A DNA stretch of 64,000 nucleotides from a phage: NCBI GenBank assembly GCA_012813795.1, contig GCA_012813795.1_4087.1; one strand, written 5' to 3'. Positions 27,204 through 42,903 of this stretch are shown one piece after another (positions within the stretch are counted from its first letter, which is position 1; each line of letters begins with the position of its first letter). The position numbers and the translations under genes are program-made. Under the pieces are notes generated by a model. The model was not told the origin of the DNA, ran no database searches, and worked only from the letters and a program-made list of their open reading frames with translations.

Positions 27204-28321
27204 TATTCCTCACCGAGTCCAACATCAGTGCCAAAAGATTCATCACCTTTTTCTTCTTCCTTGACTTCTTCAATCAATGGGTGACGTTTAAATTGATGCA
27301 TAACCAAATCTAAACATGAATCTTCATTACGCATCCAGTCTTTACGGTACTTGAGGATTTGTTCACCTGTGTCAATGTCTACATACATTAGACGGTTACC
27401 AGATTTAACAATCAGTCCGTATTTCTCGAACATATCTAATAGGCCACTACGTGGGTCCATTCCTTTATCCCAAGGAATCTTGATTTCAACATCTTCAAAC
27501 GGTTTATTATAACGAGTTTTCATTACTTTACATTTTGAACGGATACCACTTACATCAGATGTTTTATTACCATCTTCATCTTCTTTAAGTTTTAGTTTCC
27601 CCATTGCAATTACCATAGATGATGCATAAATCAACCCGCTACCACCAGATACTTTAGGATCAGGGTTGAACATATCTTGTGATTCATAACTATGGTTAAC
27701 ACAAACCATACCAATGTTCAATGCACCGATACTGTTCACACAGTTTGTGATGTATGCTTTAAGCTGTTTAGGTTTGTGACCCATATCACCTTTTAGGTTA
27801 CCAGCTTTCATTTGGTCATTAGCAACTTCAGTGTTAAGCATACCGATAGAATCGATAATAAACAACACTTTTTGTCGTTCTTCTTTAGGTGTATTTTCGT
27901 ATTCTTTACGATACCCTTCAATGAACTCATAGGTGAATTTAGCAACGTCGCCAATCATACCCATGTTAACTTTCAATAATTTTTCTTCGGAAGTATCTAC
28001 TCCGAGTGCATGTAGCCAATCAGAATCAAGGGCGTTTTCAGAGTCAATCATGACAACGAAGATACCTTGCTGTTGTGCTTCACGTGCAATGTTACCAGAT
28101 ACGATAAATGATTTACCAGAACCAGATTCACCAGCAAACATTGTTACTTTACCCAGTGGGATGCCACGGTCAAAATAACCACTGATACGGTAGTTCAGAG
28201 CGTAGTTACCAGTACTAATCCATGTGTCTGGATCGTGAAAACCAACACTTACACCTGTATTCTTTTTAACACTACCAGTACTATTTTTTAGAATGTTTGC
28301 AAAACCACTTGTCATTTTCAT
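27203..28321 (-). CDS. uvsX: UvsX recombinase (RecA-like)
   Basis: Walker A GESGSGKS and DPRSGLLDMFEKYGLIVKSGN matching T4 UvsX. Confidence 0.85.
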   Translation of the reverse strand: MKMTSGFANILKNSTGSVKKNTGVSVGFHDPDTWISTGNYALNYRISGYFDRGIPLGKVTMFAGESGSGKSFIVSGNIAREAQQQGIFVVMIDSENALDSDWLHALGVDTSEEKLLKVNMGMIGDVAKFTYEFIEGYRKEYENTPKEERQKVLFIIDSIGMLNTEVANDQMKAGNLKGDMGHKPKQLKAYITNCVNSIGALNIGMVCVNHSYESQDMFNPDPKVSGGSGLIYASSMVIAMGKLKLKEDEDGNKTSDVSGIRSKCKVMKTRYNKPFEDVEIKIPWDKGMDPRSGLLDMFEKYGLIVKSGNRLMYVDIDTGEQILKYRKDWMRNEDSCLDLVMHQFKRHPLIEEVKEEEKGDESFGTDVGLGEE

Positions 28322-28339
28322 AATTCACTCCTTGAATTT

Positions 28340-28372
28340 TATGAAATAAAATAGGGCAAACTCCGTTGCCCT
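28340..28372 (-). terminator. rho-independent terminator downstream of gene 32
   Basis: Minus strand: AGGGCAA-cggag-TTGCCCT followed by ATTTTATTT. Confidence 0.5.
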
Positions 28373-28394
28373 ACGTACATTTATCTAATACTAA

Positions 28395-33287
<4,893 letters not shown>

Positions 33288-33319
33288 CTATAGGGACACC
33301 ATACGGTATCCCTCTCCAG

Positions 33320-34805
<1,486 letters not shown>

Positions 34806-34871
34806 TTATCGGTGATGGATGTTACCATTCTGGATGCCATGAAAATCCATTTTTCGTGTTTTTCGTTAATA

Positions 34872-34900
34872 ATTATAGCACATATAAATGTCTCTTCCCA
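34872..34900 (-). promoter_or_regulatory. promoter, family TGGGAA-N13-GTGC-TATAAT
   Basis: Minus strand: TGGGAA gagacatttatat GTGC TATAAT upstream of rnh. Confidence 0.45.
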
Positions 34901-35022
34901 TAATTGATAAATAATAGCATATAATCAAGGAAAGAAAATCACTTATTATGTGGGTGCTTTTAAATAATTGATAAATAATCTTAAGCAGGAGAGTCCTGCA
35001 CAAAATTGACAAGGAGATTTTT

Positions 35023-35622
35023 ATGAGTCTTAATTCTTTTAACCGTAACTATGGTATGTCTGCTAACTCCCGTGAGTACTGGGGTGGTGATAATGGTTTT
35101 GTAACCATCGTTGTTGATCTACCAGCAGATGTTGAAGTTGGTGCTACCAAAGTAACTTCCGATGGTTCTGAACTACAAGATGAAGCACTACAAACTGCGA
35201 TCACTAACGCACAATACAACCAATTCATGCTAACCCAACTACTACAACAACGTGCTGTTCTAGTTACTACTTCTGTACTAGCTCTTGACACTGACGTAGT
35301 AATCCCAGCGGATTTCAAAACTGTTGGCGGTAACGTAGTTGCTTTCGGTACTTCTGGTGCTGATGTTGCTGGCGGTGCTGGTTCTGTTGCACTAACCTTC
35401 ATCTGCGAACGTCAAGACGTTTTCGCTAAACAAGATGTTCGTCCAGGTGCTGCTTACTCTGTTCCAGTTGATCCAACTGTTGAACTAGCTAAAGTAATCG
35501 CTCAAGCTAAATTCTTCCGTACTAAATCTTTCGTAGATGTTACTACTGATGGTGTTGGTGATGCTGAAGCTGCTAAAGCTGTAGCTATTAAAGTTCGTGC
35601 TGCTCTACCAGTTCAACTATAA
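35023..35622 (+). CDS. abundant virion-type protein, paralog 1
   Basis: GGAG RBS; codon usage matches the major capsid gene (CTA Leu, CGT Arg, GGT, GCT); paralogous to the next gene. Confidence 0.7.
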   Translation: MSLNSFNRNYGMSANSREYWGGDNGFVTIVVDLPADVEVGATKVTSDGSELQDEALQTAITNAQYNQFMLTQLLQQRAVLVTTSVLALDTDVVIPADFKTVGGNVVAFGTSGADVAGGAGSVALTFICERQDVFAKQDVRPGAAYSVPVDPTVELAKVIAQAKFFRTKSFVDVTTDGVGDAEAAKAVAIKVRAALPVQL

Positions 35623-35637
35623 TATAAGGAGATTAAC

Positions 35638-36330
35638 ATGTCTAATATTAATACTTCTTTTGAACGAATTAACGGTTATTCTTTTGACAAAATTCTAGGT
35701 TATTTCTGTGGTACTAACGCCCTAGCTTCTATCGCTGTTAGTAAACTAGGTGACGTTAACGTGCGTGTTACTGGTGCAGTTGGTTCTTTTGCTGGTCTAC
35801 AACGTTTTCTAAACACTGATATTCCTGAAGTTATTACCGAATATCTAAATGACAAAGGTATCATCCGTATCGACGGTACTCCATTCGAAGTTGCCACTGT
35901 TGAAGCTGATTACAATGCTTCCTACGCTGCTCAAACTAACGTTAAACGTCTAGTTGATGTTGTTCAACAACGTGCAGTTGTTCTAAGTACTTCTGAAATC
36001 GGTGGTAATGATGCTTCCGCTCCACTAGCAGTCGAAGGTTTCACTAACGCAGTTGATGGTGTACTAAGTGTTGGTACTGTTGATATTGCAAGTGCTTCTG
36101 TTGTTACTTTCCTAGTTGAGCGTGCGAACGTATTTGACAAAGACCTCGTATCTTTCCAAGGCGTTCCAAGTACTGAAATCGAAGAAGGTCGCCTACTTAT
36201 CGACGATCTAACTGGTATCCCAATGCTTGCAAAAGATGGCGTTACTGAAGTCTTCCTAAAATCCCAAGCTGCTGATGCTGCTGGTGATTTCGGTATCAAG
36301 ATGTTCAAATCTATCCCAGCAATGGTTTAA
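35638..36330 (+). CDS. abundant virion-type protein, paralog 2
   Basis: Shares QQRAV.L.TS...D...V...F and ...FL.ER..VF.KD.V blocks with paralog 1; same codon bias. Confidence 0.7.
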   Translation: MSNINTSFERINGYSFDKILGYFCGTNALASIAVSKLGDVNVRVTGAVGSFAGLQRFLNTDIPEVITEYLNDKGIIRIDGTPFEVATVEADYNASYAAQTNVKRLVDVVQQRAVVLSTSEIGGNDASAPLAVEGFTNAVDGVLSVGTVDIASASVVTFLVERANVFDKDLVSFQGVPSTEIEEGRLLIDDLTGIPMLAKDGVTEVFLKSQAADAAGDFGIKMFKSIPAMV

Positions 36331-36340
36331 TAAATTAATA

Positions 36341-36378
36341 CAAGAAAAGGAGAACATATTGTTCTCCTTTTTTTTATT
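36341..36378. terminator. bidirectional rho-independent terminator
   Basis: AAAAGGAGAACA-tatt-TGTTCTCCTTTTTTTT: perfect hairpin flanked by an A-run and a T-run. Confidence 0.65.
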
Positions 36379-37123
36379 TGTATGATTTGAAACCTTCAGG
36401 TAAACCAGGTAGATTCTCTAACCCTGCGTTCGCACTCACTAGCTTTGCATCTTCGTTATCACTATAATCATCAGTAGCTAATTTGCGACCCAAATCACGA
36501 ACAAAGTTATCAATAATCTCTTCTTCATCCGTTCCTGGGTGACCTTCGGCTTTTAATTTCTTCCAAAAGTATTCATTGTAATCAAATACAAATTCTACTT
36601 CGTTTGTATCAGGATTCAAAATTACATCCAAATCAATCCAAGGCTCTTTACGTAATGTATAGATTTCCTTTGAATACTCTTGTTGTGTAATTTCATCATA
36701 CTTATACGCATACTCAATGGCTTTCAATCGTTTATCATCACCTTCAGGCATTAACTCGATTACTTCCATATCATACTCTTTTTGAGTAATAGTATCAGTA
36801 CTTAACTTTGCGTCAAGTACTTTTAAATCGTACTCTTCACGTGTAATCTTAGAGTACTTTAATTCGACAGCCGCCTGTTCAATTAGATATTTTAGTGTAT
36901 CTACAACACCATATTTCTTTTTAATATCCAATTGTGCAACATCAACTTCATATTCAGTAAGATATGTTAGTTCTGCAACTTTCAAATCTGCTTCATAATC
37001 GTCATTATAATAGTATGCTTTAGCAATCTCTTTCGCTTTACCAGAAAGTCCCCAATGGGCGGGGACCATCCAGAAAGGTAATAACCTTTTCTTAGCCATT
37101 TTTCTTTCCAAAGATTTCTTCAA
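36374..37123 (-). CDS. hypothetical protein (249 aa)
   Basis: ORF; start uncertain (ATG at 37123 or 37099). Confidence 0.55.
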   Translation of the reverse strand: MKKSLERKMAKKRLLPFWMVPAHWGLSGKAKEIAKAYYYNDDYEADLKVAELTYLTEYEVDVAQLDIKKKYGVVDTLKYLIEQAAVELKYSKITREEYDLKVLDAKLSTDTITQKEYDMEVIELMPEGDDKRLKAIEYAYKYDEITQQEYSKEIYTLRKEPWIDLDVILNPDTNEVEFVFDYNEYFWKKLKAEGHPGTDEEEIIDNFVRDLGRKLATDDYSDNEDAKLVSANAGLENLPGLPEGFKSYK

Positions 37124-37391
37124 TTTTCATTACATAGTATGTATCTTCACCACCACCAAGATCTTCAGTCAGGGGGGTGTTCAGAGAAGAACGACCAAAA
37201 ACAACCATATCACCCTCACGAATGTTATGTTCAGCGATTTGACCATTTGGTAGTACTTTACCTTCACCAACAGAAATAACCATACCAACACATGGAGGCT
37301 CTACATTACCGAGGATAATACCACCAGTACTTTTGTTTTGTGCTTCAATCTGACGAACAAGAACATAATCGTTAATCATTTTTAGTTTCAT
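37092..37391 (-). CDS. groES: co-chaperonin GroES homolog
   Basis: INDYVLVRQIEAQNKSTGGIILG...GMVISVGEGKVLPNG...REGDMVVF tracks the GroES consensus; start at the ATG at 37391 with GGAGGT RBS. Confidence 0.8.
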   Translation of the reverse strand: MKLKMINDYVLVRQIEAQNKSTGGIILGNVEPPCVGMVISVGEGKVLPNGQIAEHNIREGDMVVFGRSSLNTPLTEDLGGGEDTYYVMKIEEIFGKKNG

Positions 37392-37392
37392 A

Positions 37393-37599
37393 TTAGTAAC
37401 CTCCAGTGTTTGCAAACCATTTACCACGGAAATAAAGATTAGCCCCTTTATCACCTGGAGTGAACAATTCCAATTTCATGGTTTTTTCACCATTACAAAT
37501 AGGACAATCGTGTGGTTCTTCACGATTTGCGATTTTTACAATTTTATCCATACTGTGTTTACAGTCTTCTTTTTCACAACGATATGTATATAGTGGCAT
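37393..37599 (-). CDS. FmdB-family zinc-ribbon protein
   Basis: MPLYTYRCEKEDCKH...CPICNG matches the FmdB pattern MPxYxYxC..C...C..C; AAGGAAG RBS. Confidence 0.5.
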   Translation of the reverse strand: MPLYTYRCEKEDCKHSMDKIVKIANREEPHDCPICNGEKTMKLELFTPGDKGANLYFRGKWFANTGGY

Positions 37600-37658
37600 T
37601 TTATATCTTCCTTTACTTTTAAAACCAAAAGGGGAACTCCAGTTCCCCTGTACTTTTA

Positions 37659-38390
37659 TTAACAACCAGTTACATAGATTTTGTATACTGCGATACCAGT
37701 ATCTAATGTAACGTTCATCATACCAGTCTTGGTTAAACCAAGTGTTACTGATTCTGCATTAGATACACGAGCTAATGCTTGAAGAACACGGTCAATGTTA
37801 TAACCAAAGCCCAAACCTAATTCACCTTCAGTTTTAGAGAAAGCTAGAGCACCAACGTGGTTACTCTTGTTCTTCTCACCAACGTGGAAGTGAAGGGTGT
37901 CACCTTCAGTGTATGGGGTAACTAGTGAACTGAAAGATTTAAACACACCAGAGAAACTCTTTAGTTCCTGAACTTTAGCTGCACTAGGTGTAACCTGTAC
38001 GTCATATGGTTGTTCAGTAAAACGTGGTTGTGGTGGAATTAGTTTTTCAGCTTGTACCATAAAGGTAGTGCTTGCTTCTTCAGATTTGAATGCTAGGCTT
38101 TTAACAACACCATCTTTCAAATTAGAAGTGATAGTAGTACCTTCAGTACTGTAAGTCTTTAGGGACATTAGACCTTGTAGAAGACCCAAGTTACCTAGAC
38201 CAAAACGACCTTGAACTTCAGGAACGTCTTCTTTAGTGTATGCACGCATAACCAAAGTGCGGTCATCGGTATATGCTTCCATGTAAACGCGTTGACCTTC
38301 GCCACGGTCTTCACTGCTGATTGCGATACAAGAAAAATCAATACCGCTAGTGGTGTTAACTAGGTCACGTAGTACATTGCGTAGATCCAT
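37659..38390 (-). CDS. sliding-clamp-like protein (gp45-like)
   Basis: Size about 243 aa, position downstream of the polymerase, weak similarity to gp45; GGAG RBS before the ATG at 38390. Confidence 0.4.
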   Translation of the reverse strand: MDLRNVLRDLVNTTSGIDFSCIAISSEDRGEGQRVYMEAYTDDRTLVMRAYTKEDVPEVQGRFGLGNLGLLQGLMSLKTYSTEGTTITSNLKDGVVKSLAFKSEEASTTFMVQAEKLIPPQPRFTEQPYDVQVTPSAAKVQELKSFSGVFKSFSSLVTPYTEGDTLHFHVGEKNKSNHVGALAFSKTEGELGLGFGYNIDRVLQALARVSNAESVTLGLTKTGMMNVTLDTGIAVYKIYVTGC

Positions 38391-38483
38391 TATATATTCT
38401 CCGTTTATTGTTTTATTCGTTAATGTCAAGTCTATGACAAGCACCATTATATCTCGTTAACAGTGCTTGTCTCAATTATTTTA

Positions 38484-38798
38484 TCAGAATTTTGTATCCC
38501 ACTTACGTAGGTACGCTAAGTTATCAGTGAAGCTTCCAAGACCAATGTTGTGTTTTTCTCTGAAGTTTTTTAAGTTATCAAGCGACCAATTACTATCGTC
38601 AATAAAAACAACATTACGTTTTTTCTGTAATGTATAGACGTCCACAATTTCACCATCAATATCAACTGAACCAGTACGGGTAAAACCCGCACCTTTCAGA
38701 ACTTCTTCATCATCATTACTATATGCTAGTACTGAGTTGATAACATTATTACCTTCCAGTACTTCACCAATACGTTTGTAAACATTACTCATGGTCAT
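38484..38798 (-). CDS. hypothetical protein (104 aa)
   Basis: ORF. Confidence 0.5.
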   Translation of the reverse strand: MTMSNVYKRIGEVLEGNNVINSVLAYSNDDEEVLKGAGFTRTGSVDIDGEIVDVYTLQKKRNVVFIDDSNWSLDNLKNFREKHNIGLGSFTDNLAYLRKWDTKF

Positions 38799-38940
38799 CC
38801 CCCTGAGTAGTAGCCCACTTCACATATACTTCCCATGCCGAATTCAAATCGTCTTCAGTAATTTCAAGTTCTGCGTTTGAATATACATCATATACTTCAT
38901 TGTAGCTTAGTTCTACTTCATCATTTACTAATTTAGTCAT
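38785..38940 (-). CDS. small acidic hypothetical protein
   Basis: Start set to the ATG at 38940 with AAGGAT RBS, just after the polymerase stop. Confidence 0.35.
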   Translation of the reverse strand: MTKLVNDEVELSYNEVYDVYSNAELEITEDDLNSAWEVYVKWATTQGDDHE

Positions 38941-38950
38941 AATATTATCC

Positions 38951-41900
38951 TTACCAAGAGAAGAAACCATTGTTAACTGCTGCTGTACTTTTCTCATGAA
39001 TACCAATATCCATATCGAGAATACCAAAGATGTTTTCTAATTTCTTAGTTAAAACTATCTCTTCCATTTTCTCACTATCAAACGGTAATTCTAAGAACCA
39101 TTCCGGTAGATACTCTACACAGTCAATTGGATATCCTACAGCTTTAATTCCCATTGGGTTATCTTTTAGATTACACACGATAACTTTTGTACCATCAGTA
39201 ACTTCTGGTACTGACTTGTCATCATACACTTCACGTAGACGGTTCCATTGAATACCTGCCAATACGTGTCCTACTTTACACTTACCAGTAGTGTTATATT
39301 CCGCTTCCAGATTAGTGTAGTTCTTAACTGTTCGCGGAGAACCTTTCTCGTGTACTGGAATGTCTTTAAATACCGCTTTAAAGTCACGTACACGCTGTTT
39401 TAGTTCTTCCTCTGACTCCCCTACCAGTAGGGCGATTAGAGTCTCTTCTAGGAAGTTCTGGATGTATTTTGGCGTATCTGAACGTTTAATCTCAAGACCC
39501 ATTGCCTTGATTTCACCAGGTTTACCATCAACATCTTTACGGAAACCATCTTCCCAGTACTTCAGAATTGCATAACGTTTCTTCTTCAGGAACAATCCAC
39601 GAGAACCTACCATCTCAAGGTCAGCACCTACAATCTTACCTTTCTCAATTCCAGTGTTGAACATCTGATGCATAAAAGATGGGAAGGACTCACCAACTTC
39701 ATCACCAATTTTAATGTACATATCAACAATTTCTTCTTTAGATAGATTGTACGGAATACCTTGTTCTTTCAAGTAATGGGTTACACTGAAGTATACGGAG
39801 TCAGTATCACCATAAATTACAGAACCACCCTGGTGATTGTAAACACCAGTTGTAATTTCATTGATACGACTCGCCATGTGTTTAGTCATAGAACGACCAG
39901 TTAAGGTAACAGACTGACCCAAACGCTTATCAAAGAAACGTGAACCTTTGTTCAATAGTGCACCATATAGACTGTTTAGAAGAATCTTACGAATCTGCTG
40001 GTTCTGTTTCCAGAATGCACTTTGTTGTTTGAAATATGCTTTATCTTCTTTAGAACAGAAAATTCTTCCGTCTTTTAGTTCTAAACCATTTTCAACAATT
40101 AGTTTAGCTACATCTTCCCATTGACCTTTACCAATTGCAATACGCAATAGATAAACAGGATCATTTTCATGTAAGTTGGTGCGGAACATTGTACCAGGAG
40201 TATAGTTGGATAGAAGTGGTTCTACTTTCTCATAACCATTAAATTCCCAACCATCACTATACATGTGTTTGTAATCAATTACCATCTTTTGTTGTGCTTT
40301 ACGTTCAGAATACCATTGAGTTAGAATGTCTGGAATTACACCATACTTAGACTTGTCAAATAGTGTTCCGTTAGCACTTAGAACAATAGTACTGTCCTCG
40401 GCAAAGATTATATCATACAACTCTTTACCTGTTGCCTGGAAAGAACTTCCATCTTCCAAATCAACAATGATTGTTTGATCTGATTTCTCATGAACCATTG
40501 TAAACTCAACAGCAGCAAACAAACCATGCCATGCAGCAGTCCAGTCTGGTTCGAACGATTTAGATTTTGATTTGGCCTTTTGCTCTTGAATTTTTGCAGC
40601 AAGATACGCATCAGTGTAATCCTGACGAAGTTGCCCAAGAATGCATTCAGTACTCATACCTAATGTACGAAGTACAGTTGGATACAGTGAGTTAAAGTCA
40701 GTACATCCCAAATCACTCACCAAACCTAGTACTGGATCTTGTACCCATGCACCAGCAGCTTTAGCACTAATTTTCTCATCTGCTTCATCATCTTCATCTT
40801 CATATGATTCTGTTTCATAATCAACTTCAAAATCATCTTTAGGTGCTTTGTTGAATACCACTTCACCACGACTATGTGCAAGGTTAATAATTGCAGTATC
40901 AATCAGAGCTACCGAACCCATTGTAGTACTAATTAGTACACACTCTTTATGAGCAAGACGGTTGTGCAGGTTGATAAAGTCACATACAGCATCAATTTTC
41001 TTCAGAAGAATACTATCCTGTTTAGAATAACGCAAGAATGTAATGTAATCTTCACGATATAGTTTATCCAAAGAACCTTCATAAGATACTTTATTCTCTT
41101 TAGTTACTTTCTCTGCAATGTAATCTAGTTTATATGATTGTTCAACTTGACCAGCATGTTTCTTATAAAGAGCAAGATAATCTAAGTGAACACGTCCAAC
41201 TAAATCATAGGTTACTACAGTTTTACCAAAGTTATCTGCTTCACGAGCATTAGGTTTCTTATTCCACAAGCACCAACGAGCAGTGGTTGCTTCATTGAAG
41301 ATTTTCTTTGTGCGGTTAATCATGTATGGAATATCAAAGAACTCACTATTCCACCCTGATAATACATCAGAATCATCAATAAGACTAAAGAATTCCATAA
41401 ACATTTCTTTTTCATCCGTATAAAGGATGACAGTACTGTTAGGATCATTTGTCTCTTCGTTCAAACGTCGAACAATGTCTTGTGCTTCGTAAATTTCCAT
41501 GTCAACTGGTGGTAGTGTTAAAACATAATCCTTACCAGTCCATGATTGATACAAAGAAATTGCTGTTACTCGGTTGAACGGATCTGATGGTGGTGCATAA
41601 CCAAACTTCTTATGGAAGTCGGTTTCGATATCGAAGAATGCAATATTAAGGTCAGGTGAACCATTACCCATGTATTCCTTCGCTAACGTTTTAAATGTAA
41701 TGTTACAGTCACTTTCAAAAATACGTAGACCTTCACTTTTGTGTTGTTCTACACTTTTGTTCATTTGAGCCTGTGAAGAAAACTCAAGATGTTGTGCCAT
41801 TGTACCATATACAGTTTTGTGTGTACCTAATGGTGATTCTACATAATACTCAAATACTGGCTCCAGTTCACGGAGAATACGCTTCCCGTTTTTACGTTCA

Positions 41901-41956
41901 ACTACGTGAAGAATATCACCAGTACGTTTACGTTCCATATAAGCATCGATATACAT
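38951..41956 (-). CDS. 43: DNA polymerase, family B (gp43-like)
   Basis: 1001 aa with exonuclease and polymerase motifs including YGDTDSVYF. Confidence 0.9.
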   Translation of the reverse strand: MYIDAYMERKRTGDILHVVERKNGKRILRELEPVFEYYVESPLGTHKTVYGTMAQHLEFSSQAQMNKSVEQHKSEGLRIFESDCNITFKTLAKEYMGNGSPDLNIAFFDIETDFHKKFGYAPPSDPFNRVTAISLYQSWTGKDYVLTLPPVDMEIYEAQDIVRRLNEETNDPNSTVILYTDEKEMFMEFFSLIDDSDVLSGWNSEFFDIPYMINRTKKIFNEATTARWCLWNKKPNAREADNFGKTVVTYDLVGRVHLDYLALYKKHAGQVEQSYKLDYIAEKVTKENKVSYEGSLDKLYREDYITFLRYSKQDSILLKKIDAVCDFINLHNRLAHKECVLISTTMGSVALIDTAIINLAHSRGEVVFNKAPKDDFEVDYETESYEDEDDEADEKISAKAAGAWVQDPVLGLVSDLGCTDFNSLYPTVLRTLGMSTECILGQLRQDYTDAYLAAKIQEQKAKSKSKSFEPDWTAAWHGLFAAVEFTMVHEKSDQTIIVDLEDGSSFQATGKELYDIIFAEDSTIVLSANGTLFDKSKYGVIPDILTQWYSERKAQQKMVIDYKHMYSDGWEFNGYEKVEPLLSNYTPGTMFRTNLHENDPVYLLRIAIGKGQWEDVAKLIVENGLELKDGRIFCSKEDKAYFKQQSAFWKQNQQIRKILLNSLYGALLNKGSRFFDKRLGQSVTLTGRSMTKHMASRINEITTGVYNHQGGSVIYGDTDSVYFSVTHYLKEQGIPYNLSKEEIVDMYIKIGDEVGESFPSFMHQMFNTGIEKGKIVGADLEMVGSRGLFLKKKRYAILKYWEDGFRKDVDGKPGEIKAMGLEIKRSDTPKYIQNFLEETLIALLVGESEEELKQRVRDFKAVFKDIPVHEKGSPRTVKNYTNLEAEYNTTGKCKVGHVLAGIQWNRLREVYDDKSVPEVTDGTKVIVCNLKDNPMGIKAVGYPIDCVEYLPEWFLELPFDSEKMEEIVLTKKLENIFGILDMDIGIHEKSTAAVNNGFFSW

Positions 41957-42042
41957 CTATTGTATTCCTTTACATTGTATTAAGTTAAAATAAAAGCCCC
42001 CAACATTGGAGGCTCATAAATTTTTAAAGTGTTCAGTACTGA

Positions 42043-42345
42043 TTAATAATCATCAGCTTGTGGTAGATTATTAGTTACGCTTAGGATAGTTTCGATGTTG
42101 TCTAGTTTGTTTTGCTTATCAAAGTAATCACCTTTGTAAATGCGTTGTGCAGCTTGTTTGATATCGGATGCATCAATACCTAGCTCATCAGAAAGAGAGT
42201 TGATGAAATCAGTATAGGAAGCTTTGGTATCATCAATAAAGGTTAGCTGTACCACTGCATTGTTTAGACCATCACTTAGACGTTTACGTTGTTCGTCGTT
42301 TAGGTCACGAATTTCTACTTTTGCTTCTTTTTTAGACTTAGCCAT
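42043..42345 (-). CDS. hypothetical protein (100 aa)
   Basis: Start at the ATG at 42345 (MAKSKKEAKV) with GGAGAT RBS. Confidence 0.5.
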   Translation of the reverse strand: MAKSKKEAKVEIRDLNDEQRKRLSDGLNNAVVQLTFIDDTKASYTDFINSLSDELGIDASDIKQAAQRIYKGDYFDKQNKLDNIETILSVTNNLPQADDY

Positions 42346-42394
42346 TGTTTTATCTCCATGTGTTAATGAAAAAAATAGACACTCCACAATGTTC

Positions 42395-42432
42395 CTCGTG
42401 GAATGTCTCTATTATATCAGTACTTCTCAATG
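42395..42432 (-). terminator. rho-independent terminator
   Basis: Minus strand: AGAGACATTCCAC-gaggaacatt-GTGGAGTGTCT followed by ATTTTTTT. Confidence 0.5.
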
Positions 42433-42444
42433 TGTCCCAAATTT

Positions 42445-42900
42445 TTAAAGAAGGTTTAAAACTTCTTTAAGATCAGCGATTAGCTTCTCGTACTCAGCAG
42501 CTTCTTCAGTACTCAACATATCGAATTCTTTCTTCATGTCCAGTACTTTTTTGCGTTCACTCAAAAGATTGAATACTTGTTGTGCAGATAGTTGGCGTGG
42601 TGGTCTTTCGGAGAAAGTGCCGTTAACTTCGTTGTAAATTTTACCAACTAGTTCAGATTTATCCCCTGTATATTCAATTTCATATACACTATCATCTAAT
42701 GGACAGAGCATAGTAACATCATACGATGCACTAGTTACCATACCATTTTTATCTACTGTTATTTTTAATGTATCTTCTGAAAATAATTTATGTGAATCAT
42801 ACCAATCCATTCCACACTCAGAAATATAATATGCAATATTCATTCCTTTCAATTCAGGTTCATTACCTTCATATTTTTTAAAGTTTTTTAAAGTTATCAT
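42445..42900 (-). CDS. possible tail fibre assembly/chaperone protein
   Basis: Small gene immediately downstream of the tail fibre gene; assignment by position only. Confidence 0.3.
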   Translation of the reverse strand: MITLKNFKKYEGNEPELKGMNIAYYISECGMDWYDSHKLFSEDTLKITVDKNGMVTSASYDVTMLCPLDDSVYEIEYTGDKSELVGKIYNEVNGTFSERPPRQLSAQQVFNLLSERKKVLDMKKEFDMLSTEEAAEYEKLIADLKEVLNLL

Positions 42901-42903
42901 ATA

